Positions 1 through 12,699 of a stretch of 64,000 nt of DNA are shown here, piece by piece. The stretch covers positions 1,614,001-1,678,000 of the forward strand of contig NW_024704742.1 of the NCBI RefSeq assembly GCF_018977255.1, read 5' to 3'. The position numbers and the translations under genes were made by a program. This DNA is from Callorhinchus milii (taxonomy: Eukaryota). Each line of letters begins with the position of its first letter. Position 1 is the stretch's first letter. The notes beneath the pieces were generated by a model. That model made no database searches, was not told the origin of the DNA, and was given only the letters and a program-made list of their open reading frames with translations.

Positions 1-356
1 TTGATTTCTGGATTTGATTTTAATTTTAACCCCTTCAACGCCGTGCCTGCATATCCTTATCAGGAATATCCTCCCAAATCATTGCATCGGTGGAAAATTG
101 TTGTGTTTTCCACGAGGCAACGAATAAGGATCAGCAGTCACCAAAACGTACAGTTAAAAGAATCATAACAGATGAAATACTGCCTGGGTGGAAGTCTATG
201 TGTCTGTGTTCTCTCTCTCCCTCCCTGTATGTGTGTATGTGTGAAAGACCTTATTATATTGGATTCAGGGAGTCCAGAGGTAGTCATTTGCAGTGTGATT
301 CTGCAGCCTATAGGATGGTGATGGTTTGAACCGAAAATTGCAATGATATACAGTAC

Positions 357-420
357 AGACACACACACACACACGCACACATACAACATACAGGCTACAG
401 ACAGACAGACAGACAGACAA
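357..420. repeat. (AC)n/(AGAC)n compound microsatellite
   Basis: Directly visible simple repeat. Confidence 0.9.
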
Positions 421-807
421 GCACACCAGAGAGAGAAACACAAGAGGGACTGACTGCCTTTCCCTGTCATCTGGTGACCATTCGCTGGTGAGGTTGTGAC
501 TTGCTCTTCAGTCAATGTGAGCGTGTGTGTTGTGTGTGTGAGCATCCTCGTTTGGGATCATGGGGAGTGGAGGCTGAGGTCCTATTATTATTATTAGTAG
601 TTTTTTTTTTGCATGTGATGGAGCAGGAGCTGATGAAGCTTCACTGATCTCACACACACACACACACAGAGACCGAGAGAGACTGAGCAAAGACCACAGC
701 CACACTACTCCCTCCCACTGCAAATAACCTGCAAATTCTCTCTCCATCTCTCCATCTCCTTCTCTCTCGTTGCTAGGGAAGGCATTTTAAGGTTGGCGTT
801 TTTTTTT

Positions 808-850
808 AATATATATTTTATGTATATATATATATAATATATATTTATAG
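808..850. repeat. (TA)n-rich tract
   Basis: Directly visible. Confidence 0.85.
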
Positions 851-2844
851 AATGTTTGTTTCCCCATCCCCTCCCTCCCCAGGATGGGGTATGTGAGAAT
901 TGGGGTGTTGATAGAGATCATTTGTGATCCAGTTTTTTTTTTGCTTTCACATGAGCAGAGATCTCACGTAAGATAGAGAGACAGAGAGAGGGAGAGAGAG
1001 GCACCTGGTGTAAGCCTAGGAATGAATGAGGCAAGAACAAACAGTAAGTACCCTAATGTAATATTTCCCCTGGCAAATCCTTTGCTTAAGCTAGCTCTCT
1101 GATTGCTAACCATAAGGTTAATTCTGTTTGCAATGTGTTGCTATGGTTTCCTTATATATGTGGTTTTTTTTTAGGGTTGATTTTTTTTTTACCTAATCAT
1201 TGCTGTAGCCTTGATTATTCCAATAACCCCTAACTCAATCCCTTCCCCTCCCTCCCGCCCTACAATTTGATGCTCAGTGAAATGATGGAGCAGGTGAGGT
1301 TGGACTGTGGCGAATTTATCTGTCACTTGTTATTTGCAAATATTTTACTTGCTAACGTAGGGCCAAATGCCTCTGTGGTTTCAGTAGGGTGTTTTTATTG
1401 GTGCTGCTTCTCTGCAGTACTTGGTGTTTGTATCGCTTTTGTTTTCTCTCTCCCCCCCTCTCTCTCTCTCTCTATATATATATGAATGGATTCAATATTG
1501 TATGCGCTTCACTACATTCCTTTATGAATCCCTGAAGTTTCCTTGCGTGTGTACCACGTCAATAAAACCTCCTCCAGCGTTTTTTTTTGTAAAAAAAAGG
1601 TCTGACTTCTTGTAATTCTCTGCACTAGTTATCTAACACGTTATGCATTCAAGGCAAGGCACAGAGAGACTCGAGTTCAGATTGGGTGGGTGAGAGTGTG
1701 GGTGGGGGTGTGGGGTGGGGAAAGAGGATGTAATTATTGTTTTGCAAAAGAACAAAAGCACATAACGTATTAAATATGTACAGCGCTCGTAACCCATTGA
1801 TTGCCAATAGACCATTATCTATCACCCTTTGGACCCGCTGCAGGCTCTTCAGCCTATTCATTAGCAATTATGGACGAGAGCACTTATTGTTTGAAGGAGT
1901 GCCATTTAGAATCTGTCAATAACTCCAGTCAAGCTGCCTGTTGAGCGAAACGTCGGACAGACTGATAACCATACAGAAAAGATAAGGAGCTGTCTGAGTG
2001 GACCTGCTAAAAGAATGAGAGATGGATTTGAATGCAGGCAAAGCCAACAGGGAAATAATCAAGCTTTGAAGGGTTAACAGTGCAAGGACGGTGGTGAGGA
2101 TTTGGATGCGATTATGAACAAGTCACCGAAACAGTCGCCTCTTCGTGTGAAGCTTTAACCAGTCCCCCTAATCACGTGCATCAAAAGGCCATCTGAGACG
2201 CAAGTCTGACTGCTGTATATATAGCTCACTGGTGAGGCCTGGATTCAAATCCCCACCACGGATACATCCGTAAAACCCACACTGTCAGTTGTTCTGCAGT
2301 AACGTGCGGCTGACTTAACCCACACTTGACTCCTACCCATTCTGGGAAACCGAACGATTTCGATCCTTCCCGAAGGAACAAAAATCGTTGGAAGGATGTG
2401 AAAAGGGTTAGAAACCCTGAGCCGTCCTCAACAGGTTCCCAAAGTTACTAGAAGCATCTCGAGATGCTACCCCACATGAGGGGCGCTGTACAACAACAAC
2501 TTAAATTCATATAGAGTCCTTTGTGTGGGCAGTGTCTCAGAGCGAGGAATCAATTAACATTGAGGGAAAACATGATCTTGGTTTACCAATTCCAAGAGGA
2601 AAGGAGAATGCAGATTTTTACACTTGGACTGTAAGCGGAAGGTTACAGAACAACAAGTAGAAGATTAAATAACCCCAATGATACTTGAGACGACCGGAAA
2701 TTTGGCCCATCCTCACGAAGACGAGTGTCTGTTTACAATACATTTTCTGATGAACTTCTCGACCTGTCAGGACCTTATTGAAAAAGAGATGGATTAATAC
2801 TTGATTCGAAATAGGATGCATCTCTCGTTTCTGAGTCAGATAAG

Positions 2845-2992
2845 ACCTTAAACCGAGGCCACCTCTGGATGTTAAACGGGTGGCTGCATAGGCCCACAAT
2901 ATACAGTCAATGCAGTTCACAGTACATTCTGTGAAGCGCTTTGAGACATCTCAGTGACGGGATAAGGCGCTGTATCAAACGCAAGGATTGAT
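2845..2992 (+). mobile_element. Deu/SacSINE1-type SINE fragment, internally deleted
   Basis: TTAAACCGAGGCC body motif followed by the family 3' tail CTGTGAAGCGCTTTGAGAC...AAGGCGCTGTATCAAACGCAAGG. Confidence 0.75.
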
Positions 2993-3292
2993 AAATTGAC
3001 CATTTGGAATACTGTAGATTGTGCGCTGATCTATAGATTTAACTCGGACTTCTCTCCTTATAACTTAAAGCTCTCGGTGACAGAGCTATTCTCTCAACTC
3101 TTCCTTTCACTCTCACCAAAATGTGTCGCAGTATTCTACAGTATTCCTGTCAAGTGTAGTGAGTGGTTCTGTAAGTAAACACAGCAGCTGTTTTGACCCT
3201 AGTAAAGTCACACAAACAGCCGTGGGGTGAATGATTAATCAATCCGCAAGATTATTGGGCAGAACTCCAGGAGAACAACAACAAAATTACAT

Positions 3293-3500
3293 GTGGAGTT
3301 CTGTAGGATGAGGGCAGAGTGGCAGAAGGCCTGCCCACCAATGGTGGGGTGGGTGAGGCAGGGGATGTGAAGTAGGCTGGAGCCCGCTGAGCGGAGGGAG
3401 CGGGCGGGTTGGTAGGGGTTTAGGAGGTCATAGAGGTAGTGGGGAGCAAGGCCATGAAGGTGAGGACCAGGATCTTGAACTGTATCCTGGTCAGATCTGC
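3293..3500 (-). mobile_element. L2 LINE fragment, end of RT ORF
   Basis: Minus-strand peptide LHGLAPHYLYDLLNPYQPARSLRSAGSSLLHIP...IGGQAF is the typical L2-clade ORF2 C-terminus. Confidence 0.85.
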
Positions 3501-4114
3501 CCTGGAGTGTGAACCCAGAGTACAATATCAACATGGGGTTTGAACCCATATATTTCTGACGTGGAGCTGATGGTGAGCCAAGCTCATAAAGTTGCAATAA
3601 CTTTTCTGACTTACAGACAAATGCCCTTGAAATTTAACTTTGTGTTTGTTTAGTTTTATTTGCCTATAAATAAACATTTCACTACATTTTGCAGTAAATG
3701 CTGTGAAGTGCTTTGAGAAGCAATGTGACGAGGGCCCTATACCAAACACGAGGATTAGTACTTTGTTATTTATTGATAATTGTATGATGTGAAACTGTTT
3801 AACGCTGTGCACTTGTTTACTGCGTTCCCTTTGCTGACATGTTATATTTAGTTCCATTAACATCCATGTGCTATTTTTCAGCCATCTGTTCAATTGATTC
3901 AGATCACATTGAACGTTCGCCTACAACATATGATCATAATAGTTTCCAGTATACCCTGTAAACCTCTTTGAGGTGTCCTCTTGACATGAAAGACACTATT
4001 ACCAAATGTAGTGATTGTTATTATTAATACGTACAGTATCTCCCTTAGTTTATACAGTGTCATAGAGCTCTGTATCACCAACATACTTCCTAATATTGCA
4101 AGATGTTATTCATA

Positions 4115-4525
4115 ATGCTAATAATCATTATATTTGATACGATGCCTTATCATGTCATTGAGATTTTATGGTTTTATGGTGAGGTATACAGACTCTGCAT
4201 TTTGTAGGCGAAAGCATCGGCCAATGTGCACTCAACTATGAAGTAATGTACAGTGTTTATTTGGTGGGATTGGTGGCCAGGATACCAAGAGAAACTCTCT
4301 TCTGTTTTCGAATCTTACCGTAGGATCTTTATTGGCTAACTGAAAAGGCAGACGTGACCTTGGTTTGAAGTCTCGTCCAATATGGTACCTCCAACAGTGC
4401 AGTGTACTCTCAGCTCTTCATAGTGCCATCTAGTACACTATGAGTTCATTATCCCAATGTGGGGCTTGAACCTGCAAACCCCTGAGTCAGAAGCGAGAGT
4501 GTGCTACCACCTGAGCCAGGCTGAC
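4115..4525 (-). mobile_element. SacSINE1-like SINE, near full length, diverged
   Basis: Collinear with the copy at 61070-61485: head GGCTCAGGTGGTAGCACAC...GGTTCAAGCCCC on the minus strand, then body and tail. Confidence 0.75.
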
Positions 4526-4549
4526 ATCGTTTATGAACTGTATAAGCAA

Positions 4550-4760
4550 TAAGGAACTCAGTACTGACCCCTTCCCAATTCCACTCATAACTACTTCCTA
4601 GATGATTCCCTCTCCCATTTGTTATTATCTCTGCTTCCTGTTACAACGAACGTTTTCAACCCAAACTGATTCATTTGACGTTAATTCTCTGAGCCTGCAT
4701 TTTAAGTGCCTCACACTATAATTTCTGTCAAATGTGACTGAAAATCCAGGGAAATTGATG
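4550..4760 (-). mobile_element. Old CR1 LINE RT fragment
   Basis: Minus strand resembles the degenerate RKQRV...SGVPQGSVLGP region (AGGAAGCAGAGA...AGTGGAATTGGGAAGGGGTCAGTACTGAGT). Confidence 0.55.
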
Positions 4761-5117
4761 CCCCACAAGATCAGCCACATCTACAAGTTCATTTATGCCG
4801 CAACCTCCCACCCCCCCCCAAATAATTCCTTTCTTACTATCTGTGCACTCTTCAAATAAAGCTTGATACTATTCTGAATAATGCTCTCAAACATCTTTTT
4901 TGCCAGTGTTGAGTTCTGAGTATTGTTTTGCAATTACAACTGTAGTAATTAAGATAAGATCCTATCTTTTTGACCATTTTACCCCACTACCATTCAGCAA
5001 CCTCCTCAGCTCAGTTGGCTGTGTAAATTGCTTTGACATGTCCTCCAGACATGAAAGGTGCTATATAATTTGCGGTGGTTGTGGTTGTAATGAAGTTGCA
5101 GCTGTCCTAACATTCAT

Positions 5118-5450
5118 CTAGCCAGCCTTGAGAGAAGACATCTCAGAGGGATCCTCCAAGAGGTGTATAAAAACTTGAATGGGATTGAAAACATAAACCC
5201 ACGTCAATACTTTGGGATGTACCAAGATAACAGGACCAGAGGACACGGGTTTAGAGTTACAAAGGATAATTTCAAGACACACACCAGGAAGTTCTTGTTT
5301 AACTTTTTCTTCAGCCGTTAATGACTGGAACAGGTTGCGGGAGGGTGGTTGAGGTCAGGACACTGAATGCTGTGATGTGATGATGGTAGGTTGGTTATTC
5401 TGGAAGTATGAGAACAGATGGGCCAGAGGGCCTTCCTGATCCTGTCAGCC
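5118..5450 (+). mobile_element. CR1 LINE 3' fragment
   Basis: Translates as SLERRHLRGILQEVYKNLNG...RTRGHGFRV...TRKF, the CR1 ORF2 C-terminus, and ends with a GATGGGCCAGAGGGCCTTC 3' motif. Confidence 0.85.
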
Positions 5451-6294
5451 TTGTAAGGATTTTGGAGATTGGTGTCAGTATTGGTTGGATTCAATCATGG
5501 GATCCAAAGGTGAAAGGATTACCTTTGCACAATCTTGTCACCAGACTGTACAAGCGTGTGTGCGGTTCCAACTTAGATTTGAGGGATAATTCCTGGGGAT
5601 ACAAGGTCAGAAAATTACATTTGAGGAGATGCAGTGACTTCTTACTTGTTGAATTTAATTTATAGAAGAAGGTGATTCAATATTTGTTCACAGGTCAGTT
5701 AATGGCAGCATCAACTGTGTGTTCTTTGGTCTGTTGTTTTTATGAGGGAAAAAATAAGAATGCGGCTGAAAGCAATGATGAGCGAGAGGTGTAAATCATT
5801 CCAGTGTGTCAGTGTGTGCCTGATACAATCCTGGCACAAATGATGCATAGCTTTTCTGGCTCATTTCCTTTCCCAAACAAATATTTGTCAAACAACTTTG
5901 GATGGAGACAGTGTCCATTTAAAAAAAAAACAGTGCCAGGAGCCAATTGCTTCTTGGATTTATGTTTGACTCCAGCACAATCTAACGGGATGAAAGGTTT
6001 CGCTGTCTCTGCTGGCTGTGAGAATCCTCCGAGAAACAATTTTGGCGAGCGTCGGTCTAGTTCCTGGTTGGCAAGAATAATGCAAATGGTGGCTTATGCT
6101 TTGGAACCAAATTAGGATTTTTACACCAAAAAGCCCTAAAACTAAATAACCAGTTTGCTCTGAGAGCTTAGAAACGCTAATGTGGGAATTGCAAACGTAA
6201 ATGGCATCGTGGCTTTTCTGAGGCTGGGGTTGAAGCATATTATTCGAAAGAAGTGGACGGATCGTATCTTTGTCGGAGGACTCGGTGTTGACAA

Positions 6295-6499
6295 ACAAAC
6301 CAAAAAAATAATAAATTGGTCATTTTCAATCCACGACTGTTTGTGGGGACGCTGCTATGTGCACTTGGCTGCCGCGTTTCGCCCACAAATATACAGTCAA
6401 TTCACTTTACAGTCTATTCTGCGAAGCGCTTTGAGACGTCGAGAAGATGTAAAAAGTGCTATATCAAATGCAAGAATTATTATTATTATTATTATTATT
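6295..6499 (+). mobile_element. tRNA-SINE 3' half (Deu body plus tail)
   Basis: High similarity to 15110-15295; ends in (TTA)n. Confidence 0.9.
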
Positions 6500-6550
6500 G
6501 ACAATGGGATACCCTCAATGAAAAGTGCAACAATTTAAAAAAAAATGAAA

Positions 6551-6755
6551 ACGGCAGCAACAATTTATACATTTATCCAGAGCCTTTTGTATTGGGAGGA
6601 CATCTCAAAGCACCTCGCACAGCTATCTGGGAGAGCTGAGGAGGGCTGGGAGGGGGGGATGGAATGACGATGACCGGATGACCAAAAGCATGCTTGAAGA
6701 GATGGGTCATGAGGCAGGTTTTTGGAGGGCGGGGAGGGTTTGGAGTTCCAAACGT
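6551..6755 (-). mobile_element. L2 LINE 3' end
   Basis: Reverse complement of TGGAACTCC...3' UTR...stem-loop tail as in 20172-20627. Confidence 0.65.
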
Positions 6756-7029
6756 TCTCTGATTGGAAAAAAATTCTGAGCGGTGAAATATGAAAAACAT
6801 TTGCTTTTGATTGTTCGTTGGGACGTGGTGCGGGAGCTGAACATTAATGGTGCGAGTACAGCTTCCTGCTTAGTTCTCCACCGTGGTTTCACGTGTCATT
6901 ATTTGCTTGTGCCAGTGACGGTCTTCGTAGGCCACGGGATGTGTTTGCATGCTGTTGATGCTAAATTTGTTTGCTGTGTCCGGGCGATATGGCTGCACGG
7001 TATACTGACCGCACTGGCCTATTCCGATT

Positions 7030-7320
7030 CCTAGAATCGTAGATATTTCCAGTGGCAGAAGGAAGCCTTTTGGCTGTTGTTGTCTGCACCAGCTCGTCGA
7101 GCAAGCTGTTCATTGAATCTCACTGCCCTGCCTTATCTCCACACCCCCCTTCAAACCTCTAACTTTTATATACCTATCCACTTCCCTCTTGAAACCTTCA
7201 ATGGACTCTGCCATCTCCATGTTCCAACTACAGCGTCACAATTCTGGGTGTCCTCTGTCCCCTAATCACTGACTCCATCACCAGTAGAAATAGCTTCTCC
7301 CTATTCACCCTATAAGACCC
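7030..7320 (-). mobile_element. CR1 LINE 3' end
   Basis: TAGAATCGTAGA...AGAAGGAAGCCTTTTGGC...TATCCACTTCCCTCTTGAAA pattern of a reverse-oriented CR1 terminus. Confidence 0.65.
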
Positions 7321-8274
7321 CATCCATTTGAAGGGCAGTATATAAAATGCAACTTATTGTTCATTACTGTTCTGGAGGACACCTTCTCTGAGTTAAACTG
7401 AGGATTTGTTTGTGGCAGAAACAAACCGTTGATTTTAAGGCCTCTTGTTCACGGGCTAGTTTAACAAAAAAAATTGTAAATTGTAAAAATTCAGTCTTTA
7501 TTTTTCTGACAGTAAAGGAACTGGCACTGGTCTGATTGATATTAAGAAATAATTCAGTAAACGTAATTTTTTTACGCCTCTACAGAACCCTTTTTGCGCA
7601 AAATACTAGTTGTAATCTGTTCTTGTTCCTGGTATGACTTTCGTTCAATGCTTTTATTGTTGTTGTTATAATTCTCCTATTTGCTGAATGCCTCATGCAA
7701 GGTTGTTTGCGATGCAATATGTCACCAATTGTAACTGATGTTTAACCGGAAGAAACAAATCATAAACAGCCACAGAATTAAAAAAACACTTCTTCCTGAA
7801 TTGGGTCCGAGTTGATGCACTGTTGCCCGGTTCATCAGCAAAATAATATAAGAGTGAAAACAAGAAAAATAGTGGATTAACACAGAGTATGCTATCAATC
7901 GGTCATCTCTATAGCGCCATCAGGCTGACATCCATAATATGGTGATTTGTTTTTAAACAGAATAATGTTGGGAGCCATTTACTATAGTGTAAACATTCAT
8001 TATCCTGTCCCCAATCACGGATCACTAAGAGCAAGCTCCTTTATAAACCAAATACCCATATTCTATTTTGCTGGCGTTACGATGATTTGTAGCCCTTGAT
8101 TTTTTTTATTAGAAGACAGCACCTCCGACGAGTAGACTGATCCCCTCCCCCTGCTTTGCTGCAGGCAATAAGAAATGGTTACAAGATTGTTGTACACTAT
8201 GGGGTGACATTCGCAGGATTTCCTAGCCCAGGAAGACCCACAAATTGCACCTTTATAAAGGTAAACGTGCCAAT

Positions 8275-8530
8275 TAGTGACCATTGCCCTTGGTGGGGAG
8301 GAATGCAGGGAGCGAGGTTTCCTTGGAGCTGACCTGGCTCTTGTGTGACGTGCTCGGCGATTGAAAAGTCAAAATGGATTCAGCTCTCTGTGGTGACCTT
8401 GGTAGTCCGGTTCCTGAGCCAGACGGGTCCACAGTACTCGAGGGCTGTGTTGACGACAGGGATTCTTCCCACGCAGCTCCTGTTAAGAATGCCAACTCCT
8501 TGATGGACAAGCAGTGAGAAGTTGCCAAAC
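8275..8530 (+). mobile_element. Unclassified ~600-bp repeat, 5' part (copy F)
   Basis: Aligns by eye with 13383-13680 (AGCTGACCTG, TAGTCC.GTTC.TGAG.CAG, GATTCTTC.CAC.CAGCTCCT, TGGACAAGCAG). Confidence 0.7.
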
Positions 8531-8639
8531 AGTGCTTTCAATGGACAAAACCAGGGAAATGGAGATCTTGGGAAGAAACTTAAAGCCCCCACCCCCTCCA
8601 CCAACGAAGGCACGTAAATAAAACATATACAGGAGATCA

Positions 8640-8706
8640 CTGTCCAGCGCCTTGGGACGTCCTCCTGACGTGAAAGGCGCTATACAAGTGTAATCTTGTT
8701 GCTGTT
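8640..8706 (+). mobile_element. L2 3' terminal stem-loop and tail
   Basis: CAGCGCCTTGGGACGTCCTCCTGACGTGAAAGGCGCT is identical to 20564-20600; (TTG)-like end. Confidence 0.8.
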
Positions 8707-10244
8707 ATAATTCCCTTCAATGGAGAGCTGCCTCACTTAAAGAACGTGTGAACGACTGTGCAAACATGAGCCCGGCCACAATCCCGCTTCCAACGCTGAG
8801 CTCCTGTGCCAAAACATGTCTGACTTCTGAGTCGTGGGGTTGCCACCAATGTCACTTCCTGCTCTGCGGAAAAATCACTGTTAATGTGTTTAGGCACAGG
8901 AGGCACTGCAGAGGTCACCCTGTGAAGGAAGTGATGTCAATTGGCATGTCCTGTGCGTGCACAGCAAGTAGGAAGTGATGTCCTTCAGCATCCTCGTGGA
9001 TCGGGACGTCACCTATTTATTGCGCCCTGCTTACGATGTAGCCTCTGAGACATTAGATCCAGCCGACCGCACATTATGATGAGTGCTCCCGGTACAGATG
9101 CACCCGGGTTAACAAAAGAAGAGAGGGGGAAGAAAGAGGACTAAGGTATGGGCCAGAAAGTTCGAGCCAACCAAGGCTGAACTTCAGGCCTGCAAGTATG
9201 TTGACTACAATGTTGAAACAGGAGGAGTGCACGTGTTTCTCTCTATGTCCGAAGATTGTGGGCCACACAAAGGCTTTAAATTCACCGAGCTGGGTGAGTG
9301 AACACATCTTATTGTTTGTTAGCTGGTATGCTCATCAACCTTTGCGATGTGGGCTTACGCGAAGGAAAACCCCACGTGAGTATATTTGTTGAAAAGAATA
9401 ATTGTGCAATAGCAGGAATTGTTTGGGAGGGGGGAGGGCATTGTGAAATTGCCAGTGGCTAATGCACGTATGAAGTTTTCTTTTTTTAAAAAAAAAGGGG
9501 AAAAATAAAGAGGAACTGAGGTATCTGATTGCAGGGAGAGGAAACGAATCAAACATAATGACGCTTGCTATTTCAGACACTGGTTGGACTCCATCTGAGT
9601 TTAATGATCAAGGATACCATTGTCTTCAAGAGGGCACGGTTTGGGGAATGAAATACAATACTGGGTTTCTGCACTCCGAGGCCAGGTGAAGGAAGTTGAG
9701 CTTGCCAAGCTCTTTGGAAAATATTTTCTGAGACGATCTCAATTGGACTGGCATGATTACAAAAGAAAATGCAGGAAGTTGATCTAGGCAAATTGTTCGT
9801 ACTGGTGAAGGGTTCAAACCTCGGGCACATCTTTCCAAAATGACAGAATTCAGGCGGAACTATTTTGAACAAAGTGGCATGAAATCCAAGTAAGTATTTT
9901 AAATATATTCAAACTTCAGTTGAATTGGCTTGTGGAGAATATTGCCTGCGGTAGGAAGGCGAAGGGAGTTAGATGAACCAAAAAGGGGTAGACTTGTTGA
10001 TGTTCTGAAGCTCTCTGGATAAAACCTATGTTTATATTGAGAATATTGAATGTCTTGGAATTATTTTCAGTTAGCAACCTATGGGAAGACCCTGAAAAGC
10101 ATCATACATTAGAACAAAGTTTGAGTGGCTTACAATGATTTCCACCCTGAGAAGAATTGCTGCCTGGAAATCTCTCCAGGGTCTCCATTTTGATTTATAT
10201 TTAGCGTGGTGTACTTCAGGGTGGTTTTAGTATCTTTGCGTAAA

Positions 10245-10385
10245 TACCTTCCTTGTCGGTCTCCCCAGCTCCACTTTCCACCAACTCCGTACCCCCGTCA
10301 CCCCAGTCCTCGCCAGGCTCCGCTGATTCCCTATCACAGAACAGGTCGATTTCATGATCCTCTCACTCGTCTAGAAATCCTGTGA
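10245..10385 (+). mobile_element. L2 RT fragment
   Basis: Degenerate peptide PVTPVLARLR*FPITEQVDFMILSLV resembles the L2 motif HITPVL..LHWLP...RI.FKIL. Confidence 0.7.
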
Positions 10386-10599
10386 TCCAAGATAACAAGG
10401 TCTTTGAATGAAAAGCTAGACAGGGAGGAGGAAGCCCCAGCAGCAGAGCAGCGGGCTCTAACCCTGCCAAATGCCAGCTTTTCGACCGGATTTCAGTCTT
10501 GTCAATTTGCAAAGCCACTTTGCAAGAAAGTTGCAGCTTTCCAATCCAATGTAATCGCTTTCACTTACGTTTACTCGTTCGTCCCTTCTCGCATATTTA

Positions 10600-10905
10600 G
10601 GTCGGCCGTTTCAGTTGGTCGCACTTTTGCCTCTGAGTCAGAAGGTTGTAGGTTCAAGCCCCACGTCGAGACTTCTGAGTTCACAATCCGAGCGCTGCAT
10701 TGTGAGTGTCGTGGCCAGCAATCCTCCAGATAGAATTGGTCACTTGTAGTTGGTTGTGAGAGATCGCTGTTCTCTGAATTAGCTACCGAGCTCCCCTACG
10801 AATACAGAGTCACTACACTTTACGACAAATCCTACGTAACACTTTGAGAAATGTTGATAACACGATAAGGAACCATATCAAATGCAAGCATTATTTATTA
10901 TTTTT
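10600..10905 (+). mobile_element. SacSINE1-like SINE, internally deleted
   Basis: Head TCAGTTGGTCGCACTTTTGCCTCTGAGTCAGAAGGTTGTAGGTTCAAGCCCC; tail ATATCAAATGCAAG. Confidence 0.8.
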
Positions 10906-10924
10906 ATTTATGACCTCTATTACT

Positions 10925-11165
10925 ATTACAACGACAGCTTGCATTTATACAGCACCTTGCAAAGAGCGTAACATCTTCGAGTGCTTTCCAAAGGCGAGGT
11001 CAGACACCGAGCTGGAGGAACGGGAGGGTGGGGACGATGATTATCGGCACAGTTGAAGAGGTAAGTTTCAGGCATGAGTTAAAGAATGAGAGAGGGTGTC
11101 ATATAGAGGCTTGGAGAGAGGGAGTTCCAGAGGTTAGAACACAATATCTAAGGATTCGCCCTTCA
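10925..11165 (-). mobile_element. L2 LINE 3' end
   Basis: ACAAC...TTGCATTTATACAGCACC tail through GGGAGTTCCAGAG. Confidence 0.6.
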
Positions 11166-12699
11166 GAGACTATGCACAAACTGTAAAGAACCAGAAAAAC
11201 AAGTTAGTAATATAAATAGAAGTGGAAAGGTTGCGACTCATATAAATGCCGAAACCACAGAGGACCATAAATAAAGAATTTTGCTTGTATTGTTTGGGAA
11301 AGTCATAGCTGTCATCTTTGAGGGAATCCTGTTTTTCTTTCAGTCTGAGTGGCCTAGCGTTTGTTTCCTGGAACGGTACAGGTTAACGGTACTTAATCTG
11401 AAATAATTGAATACTACTCTTCCACCAACTTGTTATTTGAGATCACGTTGCTCACAATTTTATTGATTTACCCAAAGAGCAACATTGCCTGTTTGAGGAG
11501 CATCCTGAAGAGGACTCCACAATCCAGCACTGTGGAGTAATGGGATCCATCAGTACAGCTCTGAGCTAACAACATAATAATCCTGGCATTTCACACAGTG
11601 CCTTATTAATTTCGAGTACCAAGGACTGAACCAGGCATTCGTGCACCACAAGTCCTCAAAGTGTTTCTGGTGCAAGGAATGTTTTATGAAGTGCCGTAAA
11701 CTTTGCACCTTGTGCGGACGTGCTGAATAACGACAGTTCTGTGTCTGCCTTTTTGGTGATGTTACTTGGGAGAAGTGCTGGCCCCTTTTCAAAGCCTAAG
11801 GTAATACACCGGCGACAAGGATGGGATGTACGGAACACACTTTAGCGCAGGAGGACAGAAAGTCAGCGGCAGAAGCTTGGAGAACAAGTGTGGTCCACAG
11901 TGCACCTGCACTTATATAATAATAATAATCCTTGCAGTTGATACAGCACCTGATCCTGTCTTCAAGACGTCTCAAAGCGCTTCACAGGATATACCGTAAA
12001 GTGTAGTGACTGTATTTTAGGGTGGTGGGGTGGGGGGGGTTGCGAGATACCATAGACAAACCGTCTATAAAATACACCGTCAATCCACTTTACAGTCTAT
12101 CTTGTAAAGTGCTTTGAGGAGTCTCGATGAAGCGATAAGGTGCTACATCAAATGCAAGGATTATTATTATTATTATTATAATAAACCAGCTTGACCAGGA
12201 CACTTTTTTAACCGGGGTGTTATCGCATTGAGTGATTTATTGAATATTTTTGGCTCCTGTGCAACTGCTCGTGCGATCAGTTTTAACATCTTAAATCATG
12301 AATAAAACCTTCCCGTGATGGAAAGGTTAAAATAATCCTGGAATCACGGTTCTGATTTGCGAAAACTCGCGACGTGTGCAGACATGCTCCGCAGATTAAA
12401 ATTGATTTGCTTTTGTAGCAGCACCTATCGCCGTAGTGAGAAATTCTTAAGTAGTGCTTCAAGGTCAATGATTGTTGGTTTGAACTGAGAGTGAAATGAA
12501 TCATAGATCCAATTCGTCTGTCAGTCTCTTTAGGTGTCGTATATTGTTGCAACATAATTCTTACGCACTCAGACCAGAGCACATTATTTATGTAGTGCCA
12601 GAAATGTGAGTGAAATTGACCTATTCTAACTAGAAAAAGGAATTGTGAAGTAAATAAAGCCCAAACATTGTAAATCCTCTGATTAAAGCTCAACTGGTA

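Larger units (their letters stand above)
1..1500. promoter_or_regulatory. Promoter/5'-UTR-like island, strand unresolved
   Basis: No SINE/LINE in an otherwise repeat-dense window. Contains (CA)n, (GA)n and (TA)n tracts, RFX-type half X-boxes (GTTGCTAGG 769-777, GTTGCTATGG 1137-1146), CCAAT at 1220, a GC box CCGCCC at 1255-1260 and + strand splice-donor-like sites at 968, 1044 and 1294. Confidence 0.5.

Noticed and set aside
315..1293. Micro-peptides MVM, MRQEQT and MEQ before donor-like sites recall alternative N-termini of ELAVL4 as I remember them
   Set aside because: Three to six residues are uninformative, the MVM donor is poor, and no ELAV exon 2 or RRM sequence is present in the window.
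1915..1970. GCTGCCTGTTGAGCGAAACGTCGG resembles a Penelope-type hammerhead ribozyme 3' half
   Set aside because: The CTGANGA core is absent and the stems are not demonstrable.
5770..5828. ATGATGA...CTGA box C/D snoRNA-like spacing
   Set aside because: Only about 50 nt, with no terminal stem and no recognisable guide.
9786..9895. Open frame ending MTEFRRNYFEQSGMKS|GTAAGT as a coding exon
   Set aside because: No polypyrimidine acceptor and no recognisable homology; such donors occur by chance.
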